From: the human T2T-CHM13v2.0 reference genome, Homo sapiens
DNA: 64,000 bases
Direction: 5' to 3' (one strand)
Assembly (NCBI RefSeq): GCF_009914755.1
Contig: NC_060935.1
Of the stretch, positions 1 through 17,028 are shown piece by piece (position 1 is the stretch's first letter; every line of letters begins with the position of its first letter). The notes beneath the pieces are model-generated. The model ran no database searches. It worked only from the letters and a program-made list of their open reading frames with translations, and was not told the origin of the DNA. The translations under genes and the position numbers were made by a program.

Positions 1-310
1 TCCCAGCACTTTGGGAGGCCAAGGCCAGCGGATCACGAGGTCAGGAGATCGAGACCATCCTGGCCAACACGGTGAAACCCCGTCTCTACTAAAAATACAA
101 AAATAAAGAAAAAAAAAATTAGCCGGGCGTGGTGGCCGGCGCCTGTAGTCCTGTAGTCCAGCTACTAGGGAGGCTGAGGCAGGAGAAAGGCATGAACCCC
201 GGAGGTGGAGGTGGAGGTTGCAGTGAGCCGAGATCGCGCCACTGCACTCCAGCCTGGGCGACAGAGCAAGACTCCGTCTCAAAAGAAAAAAGAAAAGAAA
301 AGAAAAGAAA
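1..310 (+). mobile_element. AluY, cut by the window start
   Basis: GATCACGAGGTCAGGAGATCGAGACCATCC, A-rich linker, right arm, (GAAAA)n tail; small internal duplications CTGTAGTC x2 and GGAGGT x3. Confidence 0.95.
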
Positions 311-339
311 CCCTAAGAAAAAAATGGCTAGATGATTTC

Positions 340-437
340 AGACAATCCAGAGACTCTTGAAAATAAATGAATTATTTGTTTTGTAAATCTGTGAAGTTTT
401 GAGGTAGTCTATCATGCAGTGACAAATAACTAAACCA
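340..437 (+). mobile_element. MLT1-type LTR 3' end fragment
   Basis: AATAAATGAATTATTTGTTTT...GTTTTGAGGTAGTCTATCATGCAGTGACAAATAACTAAACCA resembles the MLT1 U5 end. Confidence 0.5.
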
Positions 438-489
438 TATGCATTTAAGGTAACACATTATTATATATTCAGGGTATTGCTACATCCCT

Positions 490-2700
490 CAGACTTGATG
501 TATATTTAGCAAAGGTTTTTATGAAGTTAAAATAAATGTACATTCTGCAGTTGTGTGCTATGTTCCGTATATGTTAATGAAGTTAATTGAGAAAATAGGG
601 TTTTTCAGATCTTATAAATTCTTTCTACATTTTTTTGTTGCTCATTCACTTACTGACAGAGGTGTGATAAAGTCTCCCATTTTGATGAGAGACTTGTAGA
701 TTTGCTAATTCTGTTAATTCTTGCTTTATAATGATAATACTATGTTAATAGTTGCATAATATTTGTGATTGTTACATTTTCCTGGTTTATCGGCCTCCAT
801 ATTATTTTGAAGTATTCCTCTTCATCTCCAGGAGTAATTCATGCCCTATGGTTTATTTTGTTTGATATTTATATAGCTCCTCCTTATTTCTTTTTTTAAA
901 ATTCGTTGCATGACAAATGTTCTATACTTTCATTTTCCATGTTCCTTTTCCCTTAATTAAAATGTCTTTCTTCCACACAGAATATAGTTTTTCTTCATAA
1001 AAATTCATTCTGATGGCGGGGCACAGTGGCTCATGCCTGTAACCCCAGCACTTTGGGAGGCCAAGGCAGGCGGATCACAAGGTCAGGAGTTCACGACCAG
1101 CCTGGTCAATATGGTGAAACCCCGTCTCTACTAAAATACAAAATTAGCCAGGTATAGTGGCACATGGCTGTAATCTTAGCTACTCGGGAGGCTGAGGCAG
1201 AAGAATTGCTTGAACCCGGGAGGCAGAGGTTGCAGTGAGCCAAGTTGCACCACTGCACTCCAGCCCGTGCGACAGAGCAAGACTCTGTTTCAAAAAAAAA
1301 AAAAATCAAAACAAAAAAATCATTCTGATAATCTGTGACTTTATAATGGAAGTTTTACTTTATTTACATTTGATGTAAATTGATCCAATTTGTTTTCTAC
1401 ATGTTGTATGTCCTTCCCTTTTTCTTTGTATCAGTCAAGTTTCAGTAGGGTTTCATTGCCTCATCTATAGGGTTATTTATGATAAAATATTTTTATTATT
1501 TGTTTAATGGTTTCATGAACAAATGCACCTTAACTTAGTAGCATCCAATATAAATAACTAATATATCACATCCCAGACAATTGTCTGGCCTTATAATACA
1601 TTACATTAACTTCTTTTACTTCCTCCTGCCTTGGGTGTTCTTTGTTCATATATTCATTTCTACATTGATTTTGACCTACATAACAAACTACAATTACTGT
1701 TTCCTACTGTCAATATTTAGATTTACTCATATCATTACCATAGTTACCATTACGTTCTATCCTTTCTACTTGACATAATTTTTCTCCTGTCTGAAGAACA
1801 CTGTTTAATATTACTTTTTGTGTGTGATTGTTGATGATGAATTTCCTTTTCATTTTTGTTGACTGGAGATACTTCTATTTGTCTTCACTTGTGAATAACA
1901 TTTTTACTGAAAATAGATTTCTAGACCAGTAGTTTTTTACATCAATTTTGCTAAGATGTATTATTTTTTCTTCTTCAGTGATTAGTAAGTTGATCATTAT
2001 GCTTTTGTTCACCTAAAGATAATCTTTTTTCTCATTCTTAAAGATTTTATTTTTGTCTTAGAGTTTTAACAGTGTTACTACAATGTGCATTAAGTTTAGT
2101 TTTATCTGTATTTATCCTACATGAAGTTTGTTGTGCTTCTTGAATGTGTGGCTTAATATCTTTCATCAACTTAGGAATATTCTTAGTGATTATCTTTTTG
2201 AATATGAATTATTCCTATTTCTTTCTTATCTACTTTTGATAATTCTTGTGTTATTTTATGCATCCCATATGTCTCTTGCCTTTCTTTTTGTTTATCTATC
2301 AGTTTTCTTTCTCTCTGTGTTTCAGTCTAGACAGTTTTCCAGTGCATTGGTAATCTCTTCCTTTTATTCTAATACACTTCTAAACCTATTATTTTTTAAT
2401 TTAATGGCATTCATGTATTTTGTTCTAAAATTTACATTATATTGACCAGATTATTGAAATACACATGCAGAGTTTTATATATATTGTTATATATGTATAC
2501 ATTTTCCCCAGCAATGTGGTGCATTTCTCCATCTCATCATTCATATTCTTGACATATTAATCACAATTATATTAAAGTTTATGTTTGAAAATTTCAATAT
2601 CTGAGTTGCTTCTAAACTATGTTATCTGTTTTTCAAACCTTTTGTTTTTTTACCCTTAGAATACCTGATAACATTTCACTGTGTGTCAGGCATCATGTTT
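490..2700 (-). mobile_element. Ancient L1M fragment(s), antisense, interrupted by an Alu
   Basis: T-rich; GAGGTGTGATAAAGTCTCCCA matches antisense ORF2 endonuclease region; boundaries approximate. Confidence 0.6.
1015..1319 (+). mobile_element. AluS (Sg/Sc-like)
   Basis: Full dimer with poly-A; target-site duplication ~TCATTCTGAT on both sides. Confidence 0.95.
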
Positions 2701-4390
2701 TAAACTATTATAGATGGCTTTGAATGATATCTTTCTCCAGGAAACATTCACCCATTCTCTTTCAGGCTTCTAGAGTAAGGAAAAAAAAAGGATCACCTTA
2801 ATCCGTAATGGATGAAGCTAACTAGAAGTTGCATTTATATTCAATGCTTGATCTATTTTAAGTCTACCCCACACCAACTTGCCAGGTCTCACCAGGTCCT
2901 GAAATCCAATTTATTGTCAGAACCACTAAATATTCAGCATTGTAAGATTGTCAAAAGATCCATTAAGTGTTTCAGCTACTTTTTACTAGGTTTCTTAGTA
3001 TTTGTCACAGTTTACATTAAGAGTTTTGAAATGATCTGAGGAAAAGTCCAGGTAGAGCATCATATTTAACCTCTATGCATCTCTTCTCTGCAGAATCTTG
3101 GCTGCACAAGCCTTGACTGCTAACAAAGCCATGCCCAAATCCCATTTTCTTTTCTCCATGTTTTTAAGAATTTGCAGAAAGCTCTACTGGTTTCTTGACA
3201 TCAGAGTAGATGTGCTCTGCTGGGCTATCTAGTCTCTCGCTAGATGTCACTTAAGACTTGGAAAATGTCCCAAGAGGAAAAGTAAGGTGCAGGTTATTGG
3301 TCTATTCTCAATAAGTTTCCCATCTTTCTGGGGTTATGGACTCTCTTGTCTTAGATGCCACAGAAGCCCTTGAAACCTTCATATGCATGTTAAGTTTTTT
3401 TTTTTTCATTTTAAATTTTGCTTTATCTTTCTTCAAATTTCCTTATTTACAACAACAGCATTGCCCAAAGAAAATACATACCAACGTAGCTAAAAGAGGA
3501 AATTTTGAGACTCTGTATTAAATTGAAGAAATTTCTCTTTATATAATTTTACAAAAATCAATTTAAGTATCTAGAATACAGCATCATTATAAGAACGCAA
3601 TATTTCTCCCTGATTTTCTATCAAATGCTGTTCAATTATGTAGTGCCTTAAAATGAGGGTTTTTTTTTCATTTTTAACAATAATACATTATTTCTTTTCA
3701 TTGAGACACTTATTATCTGCAACTCCATTTTTTCTTTATGAATATAATTAGATGAGGAGATTGGAGTACTTTCTAGAATGAATCTAAGAAAAAAGTCTAT
3801 ATTTAACTTACTAAGACAGTGTATATTTATAAAGGGACAAACTAAGTTACCAATAGAACAGAATAAAGTGCTTCAAAGGATCTCAAATACACTTGTGCCA
3901 TATAGAACATTGGCACATGGTACAGATAGTATGGCCAGTCACTGGCAACATAAGGGACTGCTTAACGCATAAAGCTGGAAATAACACCAGAGGACTACCT
4001 GTGTTATAAAACTTGAAATAAGAAAAACTAAATAAAAACACAAAAGTTACAGTAACAGCTCATTTTAGGGTGGACAGTAAAACTGGATAGGTGCAGTTCC
4101 AACAGGTACATGTAAGTTTTCTGGAGTATTCTAGCTGTCCGTTTGAGTGGTGGATATGAGAAATTATCTTTATTTAACTGAATAACTGGATAAATTAAGG
4201 GTAAAAATGCATCATGAATGTTCCAGTAGTGATAATGTGTTAAGCTATGATTAATTCAATCTGTGTAACCAAGCTACATGACAAAAAGTAAGAACAATTG
4301 AATGACAATTGTCATCCAGTACTCTAACTCCATCTCTTTACTGCAGCAAGTGGCTTAATTGCTGCAATCCTGACAATGTCACAGGACATC

Positions 4391-4569
4391 TAGTATATAT
4401 AAATATGTTGTAAATATTTATATATATACTTATTTATAAATATATATGTATATATATTTATATATATACTTATTTATAAATATATATATTTATAAATATT
4501 TATGTATATATATTTATAAATATACATGTATATATATTTATATATATACATATATAAATATGTTGTAAA
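4391..4569. repeat. Interrupted (TA)n low-complexity repeat
   Basis: ~180 bp nearly all A/T, bounded by the direct repeat TATATAAATATGTTGTAAA (4396-4414, 4551-4569). Confidence 0.9.
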
Positions 4570-5028
4570 AAATGCATGGTTTAAAAATTAAGAGTAGTCC
4601 TAATTAGAAGATCTAGAATCCATCTTCCATGACCTCCAAAAGCATTAGACAACATAACTCTCAGTTTGTAAATTTTACTAGTAGTAAGATGTAGCTTTCT
4701 GACTAGCCTGTCAATAGCATCGGTAGCTTCATATTAAATCAATGTCCATTGCCTATAAGCAGGATTTAATTTATGTTTCAATCTTGGCAGTTAAGATTTG
4801 ATCAGTACATTCTAGTGAATGAAGAATGAGGCCCTCTTTATTCTTTTTCCACCATAGAGAAACATCATAAAAGCTTTGGGAAAAGGTATTAAGGAAAAAA
4901 ACAAACAAACTAGGACAGTTCCCTCATGGTTTTCATAGTCAAGGATTTGTTTACAATAAAACATTCACAATTTTGCAAATGAGTACATAGACATTTTAGT
5001 ATTTTTTTATTTAGAAAGTGCAAAATGG

Positions 5029-5366
<338 letters not shown>

Positions 5367-5379
5367 TTAGGATAACCTT

Positions 5380-6136
5380 TGCCTTAGTCCATTCTGGCTG
5401 CTATAACAAAATACCTTAGACTGGTAATTTATGAATCATAGAAATGTATTGCTTACCATTCCAGAGACTGGGGAGTCCAAGATAAAGGCTCCATCAAATT
5501 CAGTGTCTAGTGAAGTTGCTCTTTGCTTCACAGATTGCACCTCTTGTTGCCTCCTGACATGGTAGAAGGACACAGCCTCCCTCAAGCCTTTTTTATTAGA
5601 TCACCAATCCCATTCATAAGAGTGAAGCACTCATAACCTAATCACTTCCCCAAAGTCCCAAACTCTTAATATTACTATATTAATATAATATATTAAAGAA
5701 CTCCTGAGCTCAGGCAATCTGCCCGCCTTGGCCTCCCAAAGTGCTGGGATTACAGGAGTGAGTCACTGCACCTGGCCCCATTTTGCACTTTCTAAATAAA
5801 AATATACTAAAATTTCTATGTACTCATTTGCAAAATTGTGAATGTTTTATTATAAACAAATCCTTGATTATGAAAACCATGAGGGAATTGTCCTAGTTTT
5901 TTTTTTTTCCCCTTAATACCTTTTCCTAAAGCTTTTATGATGTTTCTCTATGGTGGTAAAAGAGTAAAGAGGGCCTCATTCTTCATTCACTAGAATGTAC
6001 TGATCAAATCTTAACTGCCAGGATTGAAACATAAATTAAATCCTTCTTATTAGCAATGGACAATGATTTAATATGAAGTTACCAATTCGGTTCTAACATA
6101 TGAATTTTGGGGGACACCAACATGTAGACCACAGCA
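5380..6136 (-). mobile_element. MLT1A-type MaLR solo LTR split in two (5380-5681 and ~6084-6136) by the inverted duplicate
   Basis: TGCCTTAGTCCATTCTGGCTGCTATAACAAAATACC...CTAATCACTTCCCCAAAG; resumes with AACATATGAATTTTGGGGGACACCAACATGTAGACCACAGCA. Confidence 0.85.
5699..6083 (-). repeat. Right arm (inserted copy) of the inverted duplication, including the first ~80 bp of the Alu
   Basis: Reverse complement of 4722-5108. Confidence 0.95.
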
Positions 6137-7560
6137 AGTTTGAAGTAAATCTGTACTATAAAAATCATCATAATATTAAGATAGATATGAAATGTTAGAG
6201 CACTTATGAGAGTGACATACAAGTTTATTCAATGTAAAAATATGTTTAATCAATATATTGATACTTAGAACCCCAAAGTATTGAATACAGTTTCTGGCAA
6301 CTTTTGTAACTAGAGTAAATGAAAGTGGTTCTGCAAGAGAAATTATAAATGTCAGTGCTGAGGCACTATTGTCTCTTTATATATCAATATTAATTTTATT
6401 AATATGAATAACTATTATCAACCTTTCAGAAATGGAAGAAAAATTGACTCATTATTAATGAGCTAATACATCAATATATGCACACATACACAGAAACAAT
6501 TAATAAAAATATATAACTTCACAAACCAAAATATAGGACTCTATGTGTCACTGAGAGGAAACAAAGATATTCATACATTCAAAACACTTACCTAACATTA
6601 TGCTTTGGCTTATATAAGGAAGTTTAAAGTGGGAATTCTTAATGTATTTTGGGACATAGTTTTGGTCAGAAATACTGCAAACACTTTCAGTATCTTGGAT
6701 AGAAACTTGTTTAGGGCTTTAAAAACAATTTAAAAATCACCTAAGAACAACAACTGAATATATAGTTTTTTAAAAAAAAATTTGTTAGCAGTATTGCATT
6801 TATTTTTGGTTTAGAAATAAATATTTCTAACTCCAAGTGAAATAGTTTCCTGAAAAAATAAATTAATCTGTATATATTTCAAAATTCATTTATTTTTCGG
6901 ATTAATGACATAGTATTTTATTAAGCTTTTTTCAATGGGCAAAAAAAAATTAAGATTTCTAGGGCTTTTGTTGTACTTATTAGGTTTTATCTCTCCTAAT
7001 TTTTGGTTTAAAGGTTGTGGGAAGTTATATGTATTCAAATAATATCTGGCCATCAAAATCCATAAAATTAATAATCATTTACTTACTGACCAAGCATAAA
7101 TAATAGAAAAATATGAACTATAACCAGTTCATAAAAACTGCTATGAATTAATCTTCCCTTCCCTTGCATTCTATTTTGTGTTTATTCATAATAAGAGTTT
7201 CAGCCTTATTTGTATCAACTATATCCTCCATCTATCTAGATATAGTAGATAGGCATTCCAAATTCCATCCTGAGTTAACTCCAAATGATTCTTATAAACA
7301 GGGATTAATAAAGTACTGTGGAATTCTCAGAGGGAATATTTTCTTCATTTACACATTTGTATATTTGTCCATCACAATTTCTGCTATATAAGCCCTTGGG
7401 TATCTGATTGTGGATTTGATGAGGAAGCTATTGAATTATTACTAATTATTGTTGGACTCATATTTAAAAAGCTCTGGACTGAATATGACTTTACCAAATT
7501 ACTATTTTTAAGTATAAAATATTTAAAAATTACATTTTTAATTTATAATATACATATGTA

Positions 7561-7878
<318 letters not shown>

Positions 7879-9687
7879 TTACATGGTTGTGTGATTAAAC
7901 AATTTAATTTCATTTATATAAAATATTCTGTTTAAGAAAATAAATTTTCTTTCAACTATTTTCAAAGAAATTTTGGATCTCTTCCAGTTGATGAATATTG
8001 TAATAAAGTAAATTATGTTGAATAATGGCATTATAATTATAAGTAATTCTCATATTTAAAAAAATTGAACCTACAAAGACATTCCAATGGCTACTATTCA
8101 TTTTGAGGTCCATATACTATTCTTTTAAATAAATGTATTGTTCTAAAACCTAAATCACTATGTTTCAGTTTTTAGCCCTAAAATACAGTTGAGTAGATGG
8201 TAGAAAGGATGTTAAGACCAAGAAGAAGAACTTTTAGCTGACTCATCCTAGAATTGACCAGGTTTGTGATTCTACTCTATAATGAAAGACACTAAGAAAC
8301 CTCATACAATATACACCTTTAGGTAATAGTTTGCTCTGAGTAAGAAACTTTGTTTAGACTTTCTGGCAAGATGGCTGAACAGGAACAGCTCCAGTCTGCA
8401 GCTCCCAGCAAGACCAACACAGAAGTTGGGTGATTTCTGCATTTCCAACTGAGATAGCCGGCTCATCTCATTGGGACTGGTTAGAAAGTGGGTGCAGCCC
8501 ATGGAGGGTGAGCAGAAGCAGGGTGGGGCATTGCCTCACCTAGGAAGTGCAAGGGGCCAGGGAACTCCCTCCCCTATCCAAGGGAAGCTGTGAGGGACGG
8601 TGCCATGAGGGACTGTGCTATACGGCCCAGATACTATGCTTTTCCCATGGTTTTTGCAACCCATAGACCAGGAGATTCCCTCGTGTGCAAGCACCACCAG
8701 GGCCCTGGGTTTCAAGCACAAAATTGGGCAGCTGTTTGGGCAGACACTGAGCTAGCTGCAGGATTTTTTTTTTCTTTTTTGCACTCCAGGGGTACCTGGA
8801 AACCCAGCGAGACAGAACCATTCACTCCCCTGGAAAAGGGGCTGAAGCCAGGGAGCCAAGTGGTCTTGCTCAGAGGGTCCCACTCCCATGGAGCCCAGCA
8901 AGCTAAGAACCACTGGCTTGAAATTCTCACTGACAGCACAGCAGTCTGAAGTTAACCCGGGACAATCGAGCTTGGTGGGAGGAGGGGTGTCCGCCATTAC
9001 TGAGGCTTTAGTAGGCGGTTTTCCCCTCACAGTGTTAACTCTGATTGTGCAGAACTCACCACAGTGTAGCCAAACACCTGGGGCCAGACTGCCTCTCTAG
9101 ATTCCTCCTCACTGGGCAGGGCATCTCTGAAAGAAAGGCAGCAGCCCCAGTAAAGGACTTGTAGAAAAAATTCCCATCTCCCTGCTACAGAGCACCTGGG
9201 GGAAGGGGCAGCTGTGGGCACAGCTTCAGCAGACTTAAATGATTCTGCGTGCCTGCTCTGAAGAGAGCAGCAGATCTTCCAGCACAGCTCTTGAGCTCTG
9301 CTAAGGGACAGACTGCCTCCTCAAGTGGGTCCCTGACCTCTGTATCTCTTAACTGGGAGACACCTCTCAGCAGGGATCAACAGACACCTCATACAGGAAA
9401 GTTCCGGCTGGCATCAGGAGGGTGCCCCTCTGGGACGAAGCTTCCAGAGGAAGGAACAGGCAGCAATCTGCTGTTCTACAGCCTCCGCTGGTGATACCCA
9501 GGCAAACAGGGTTTGGAGTGGACCTCCAGCAAATACCAGCAGAGCTGTGGAAGAGGGGCCTGACTGTTAGAAGGAAAACTGACAAACAGAAAGCAATAAC
9601 ATCAATCTCAATGAAAAAGATGCCCACAGAAAAACCCCATCCAAAAGCCATCAGCATCAAAGATCAAAGGTAGAAAAATCCACAAAG

Positions 9688-10709
9688 ATGAGGAAAAATC
9701 AGCGCTAAAATGCTGAAAATTCCAAAAACCAGAATCTCTCTTTTCCAAATGATCACAACTCCTCTCCAGCAGGGGCACAAAACTGGACATAGAATGACTT
9801 TGACAAATTGACAGAAATAGGCTTAAGAAGGTGAGCAATAACAAACTTCTGTAAGCTAAAAGAGCATGTTGTAACCCCATGCAAGGAAGCTAAGAACCTT
9901 GATAAAAGGTTACAGGAACTGCTAACTAGATTAACCACTTTAGAGAAGAACATAAATAACCTGATGGAGCTGAAAAACACAGTGCGAGAACTTCGTGTAG
10001 CATACACAACTATCAATAGCTGAACTGATCAAGGGGAAGAAAGGATATCAGAGATTGAAGATCAACTTAATAAAATAAACCATGAAGACAAGATTAGAGA
10101 AAAAAGAATGAAAAAGAATGAATAAAGCCTCCAAGAAATATGAAACTATGTGAAAAGGCCAAATATACAATTGATTGTTGTACCTGAAAGTGACAGGGAG
10201 AATGGAACCAAATTGGAAAACACACTTAAGGATATTATCCAGGAGAACTTCCCCAACCTAGCGAGACAGGCCAACATTCAAATTCAGGAAATAAGAGAAC
10301 ACCACAAAGATACTCCTCAAGAAGAGCAACCCCAAGACACATAATCATCAGATTCTCCAAGGTTGAAATGAAGGAAAAAATGTTAAGGGCAGCCAGAGAG
10401 AAAGGTCAGGTTACCTACAAAGGGAAGCCCATCCAACAAACAGCAGATGTCTCTGCAGAAACCCGACAAGCCAGAAGAGAGTATGGGCCAATATTCAACA
10501 TTCATAAAGAAAAGAATTTTCAACCCAGAATTTCATATCCAGTCAAACTAAGCTTCACAAGCAAAGAAGAAATAAAGTCCTTTACAAACAAGCACATGCG
10601 AAGGGATTTTGTTACCACCAGGCCTGCCTCACAAGAGCTCCTGAAGGAACCACTAAATATGGAAAGGAAAAGCCAGTACCAGCCACTGCAAAAACACATC
10701 AAAGTATAA
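9688..10709 (+). pseudogene. Disrupted L1 ORF1
   Basis: ATGAGGAAAAATCAG start; in-frame stops and frameshifts; ORF-track pieces 10150-10344 and 10368-10709 match ORF1p. Confidence 0.9.
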
Positions 10710-10769
10710 AGACCAATGACACTACGAAGAAACTGCATCAACTAATGTATAAAATAAACAGCTAGCATC

Positions 10770-13293
<2,524 letters not shown>

Positions 13294-14149
13294 ACAATCA
13301 GAACACATGGACACAGGGAGGGGAACATCACACAGCAGGACCTGTCAGGGGATGTGGGCCAAGGGGAGGGAGAGCATTAGGACAAATACCTAATGCATGC
13401 GGGGCTTAAAACCTAGATGACGGGTTGATGGGTGCAGCAAACCACCATGGCACATATATACCTATTTAACCAACCTGCACATTCTGCACATGTATCCCAG
13501 AACTTAAAGTTTAATAAAAAATAGTTTTTTTTGTTTAAAATTCTGACTTCAAATTGGTACACCCTGACTTCTTAAAGTGACCATGTATCAATTAAAATGC
13601 ATCCATCTTCTAAACAGAAACTGCTTCAAAGATCTTTTATTATTCTTCAGAAAGGAATGCATGAATCAATGATTACAAAGCATTCCTCAGCTTTGCCAGT
13701 TCCTTTTATCTTGTGAGGAGATTAATAGCCATCCTTGAGACACCAGCTGCTTTCTATTTATCAAAGAGAAGCCAGTGGCTGGTAGCTCTCCTGGAGGACT
13801 AAGGGAAGATGTACACAGATCTAACTGCTTGGTTGATAATCTGAAGGAGGCAAAGCCACGCCTTCCACAGTCTGATGAGTCTCTAAAGATTGTGATTATT
13901 TTTTTCTCACTTTGGTTAATACATTTATCAAATATTTAATCATCAGCTGATCATAATTTTGTGTGTTTATGTTCCAAAATGGCTTCAATCCTGCAGCCAG
14001 TTCTCCCTCACATCACTTTCATGAGAAACTATATCTAAGTACTCTAGTAGCCATTTTGTTTTTAGCAGTGTTTTTTATCTTTCCTAATATTTAAAAAAAA
14101 AATTAATTCCTTATCTTCAAGACTGTGCAATCTCAAAAAAGTGATGAAC

Positions 14150-14520
14150 ATTAGAGAAATAATTGATCTATATTTTATAGCCAACTTCCTGCTTGAAATT
14201 TATTTATAATGTTTGTGTTGTAGTCACTCTAAAACTTATTTGTCAAAAACAAACTCATTGTCTTCCACTCCAAAAGTTTGCTTCTCCTTCTGCCTTCTGG
14301 TCTCCGATGATGAAATAACTTTACAGTCAATTGTTGGAAGTAAGAATCCTAGCCATCTTGACTTGTATCTTTGCTTGAATTTTTCTGAAGTGTTACATTA
14401 AAAATTGAATACCAACATTATCTAATACCATTTCTGAAATGCCTTATGGATTCAGCCACTACAGCACTTACCACACCTCCTTTCTAGAACCTCAGTATCT
14501 TTTCTTCAGGGCTTCCCAAC
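14150..14520 (+). mobile_element. L2 fragment
   Basis: TGTCAAAAACAAACTCATTGTCTTCC...AATCCTAGCCATCTTGACT resembles the L2 3' region. Confidence 0.5.
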
Positions 14521-15645
14521 CTGAGTTATTGATTCCTTCAGCTCTTGGAATTTGAAAGTATGGTAGGGGCACATTAGGGGTCTCAACACAATCTCATATG
14601 TTTGTGTTGGCAGTAAGTAACATCAGGCTTTTTTGGTCTACCACACAGAGCATCTCCAAATAGGTGTTGTAGTGACATCAGCTACACAGTACATCATTGA
14701 TTATTACAAACAGGAAAGACACATGTTTTCAAGTGCTTGAGAGGCAGAATTTAAAGTCAAATACATGCCCAGCTGGATGGTAGGATGGCTCCGTGAGGAC
14801 AGGCAAGAATCCTTTCAGAAACGGTTACAGGCAATGACCTCCAGAGTTCAAAGTGTCCCTTTCTGGCACTCCTGTGTGCACAAATGCTATTTACGTGCTT
14901 CATAGGGCTTCTTGGACACGAAATCAATGCACTTTAAATCATTCTTCTATCCCTGGGTAGATATGAACATTAGTGAGTAATGTGTATATAATTTAAAAAT
15001 TCACAGGGAAGACTGAGAAAATGTGTTTATTAAGTGATATCCATAATCAAATAATTTATAAATGCCATTTCATATGTTTCTCTTGACACCATTTCTTTAG
15101 TGTCTCTCATTTTAAGGATGTCTTCATCTCATTTCTCACATGTTATACCCTGCCTCTTTTCTGCCTCTTCAGTGTTTTCTAGAGAATTCAAATACTTCCT
15201 GTCCTTCTCTTTCTTCTATTCAAATTAACCCCTACCATACCCAATCCTTGAAATATGACAATACACTGAATCTTCTAACCTAAGTACCTATTAGGTTATT
15301 CTGCCACAAAAGGTCTCATTAGGAATAATTCGATTTATAATATTTTAAACTCGTTTTCATATTTCTTCCCCACTTCAGGAGCCACTCAAACTTGTTCTTC
15401 TTCCTCCATTCAACCTTTCCTAATTATTTCCAAGAAAAGGCCATTTCCCTTTTTGTTGTGGATAAACTCACCTTTCACCATATTAAGGACTTCAGTTCAT
15501 TAATTAAACCTACTTTGTCTATTACCATTCTGATTAGTATATAATCATGTTATGGGATATTTTATCTTAACAGAAACAATTTTTTTCATATACCTCTAGC
15601 TCCAGCTATTACAGTTTTCTCTCTGCTTTTCTTAATGCAAAAGTC

Positions 15646-16415
15646 CAGTAACTCCCTCTTATTTTGGGGGATATATTCTAAGACCCTCAGTGGATGCCTG
15701 AAACCACAGATAGCATGGAACCCTATACATATCATTTTTTTCATAAATATACATATCTCTCATTAAGTTTAATCAGCAGACGCAACCTACCCAGTAATTT
15801 TTACATTTTTTCATTTAAACCCATTCCTGAATCTGTGCACTGTCTCTAATTTGAAGTAAATGGCTTTGTGTTTCTTGTTTCAGGGACTTCCTGCTGAAGT
15901 TGTCATATAGCCTCAATGCATTCTGACATAACACATCATTGTCAATTGAAACACATTTCTGTTTATGTCTTCCATCCACAAATTTAATGCCTTTTCCATC
16001 TTAACTAAGCACTTATGCACTGTTGCCATAACTTTTGCAGTTTGAGGTGTGACAGCAATGCCAGCACAAATTTCTTTTACCTTCTTCACAGTTTCACAGA
16101 TAGACGTGCATTTCTTACTATAGATCTTAGCAACCTCAGCATATGACTTCTTTTTTTTTCCATTAAGTCAAAAATTTTTACATTTTCACTTAAAGAAAGC
16201 ATTTTACAGCTTCTCTTTGGAATATCTAAATTGCCAGTATCACTACTCTTGCACTTTGGGGCCATTACTACCTCAAATAGGGCTAGTGGCGCATACACAC
16301 TGTGATATTTGACACTTGATCTGATAAGGGAGATGGCTATTGAGTGATTAACAGGCAGGTAGCTTGGAGAGTGTGGACACACTGGACAAAGGGATGATTC
16401 ACATCTCAGGTGGGG
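15646..16415 (-). mobile_element. Tigger7/MER44 (TcMar-Tigger) DNA transposon remnant
   Basis: Terminal repeat CAGTAACTCCCTCTTAT...GACCCTCAGTGGATGCCTGAAACC; minus-strand peptide MAPKCKSSDTGNLDIPKRSCKMLSLSENVKIFDL resembles the transposase N-terminus (CENP-B-type HTH). Confidence 0.85.
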
Positions 16416-16499
16416 CAATAGTTATATTCCGATTTTTTATCTTGTTTTAAAAATATAAACATAACATATGTTTCTGACTTACTAAGTTTATTGTAAATT

Positions 16500-17028
16500 A
16501 CTGTCATTTACAATAGCTTCGGAAAGAATAAAATACAGATCAACTTAGCAAAAAAAAGCAAGATATATACACTGAAAACTACACAACATTTCTGAAAGAA
16601 TTTAAAAAGGATCTAAATAAATGGACCAACATCATATGTTCATAAATTAGAAGTTATTAATGTAAAAATAGCAATCATTTTAGAATCGATCTTCAAGTTA
16701 GACACTATCCCACTCATAATCCTAAAAGGCTTCTTTGGAGAAATTGACAAGCTGATTATTAAATCTCAAGGGACCATGAATAGTCAAGACCATTTTGAAA
16801 ATGTACAAAAATAGATGACTCACACTTCTGATTTCAGAACTAACTGCAAAACTATAGTAATCAAGTCTGTGTGGCAGTGGCATTAGGACAGACACATAGA
16901 TCCATGGAATAAAATTGGAAGTCTAGAAATAAACTTTCACATTTATGTTCAAATGATTTTTGAAAAGGGTTTAAAGACAATGTAATGGAGAAAAGAGTAG
17001 TCTTTTCAACAAATAGTGCTGGAAAATT
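16500..17028 (+). mobile_element. L1M ORF2 fragment
   Basis: ACTGAAAACTACACAACATT...GTCTTTTCAACAAATAGTGCTGGAAAA. Confidence 0.75.
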
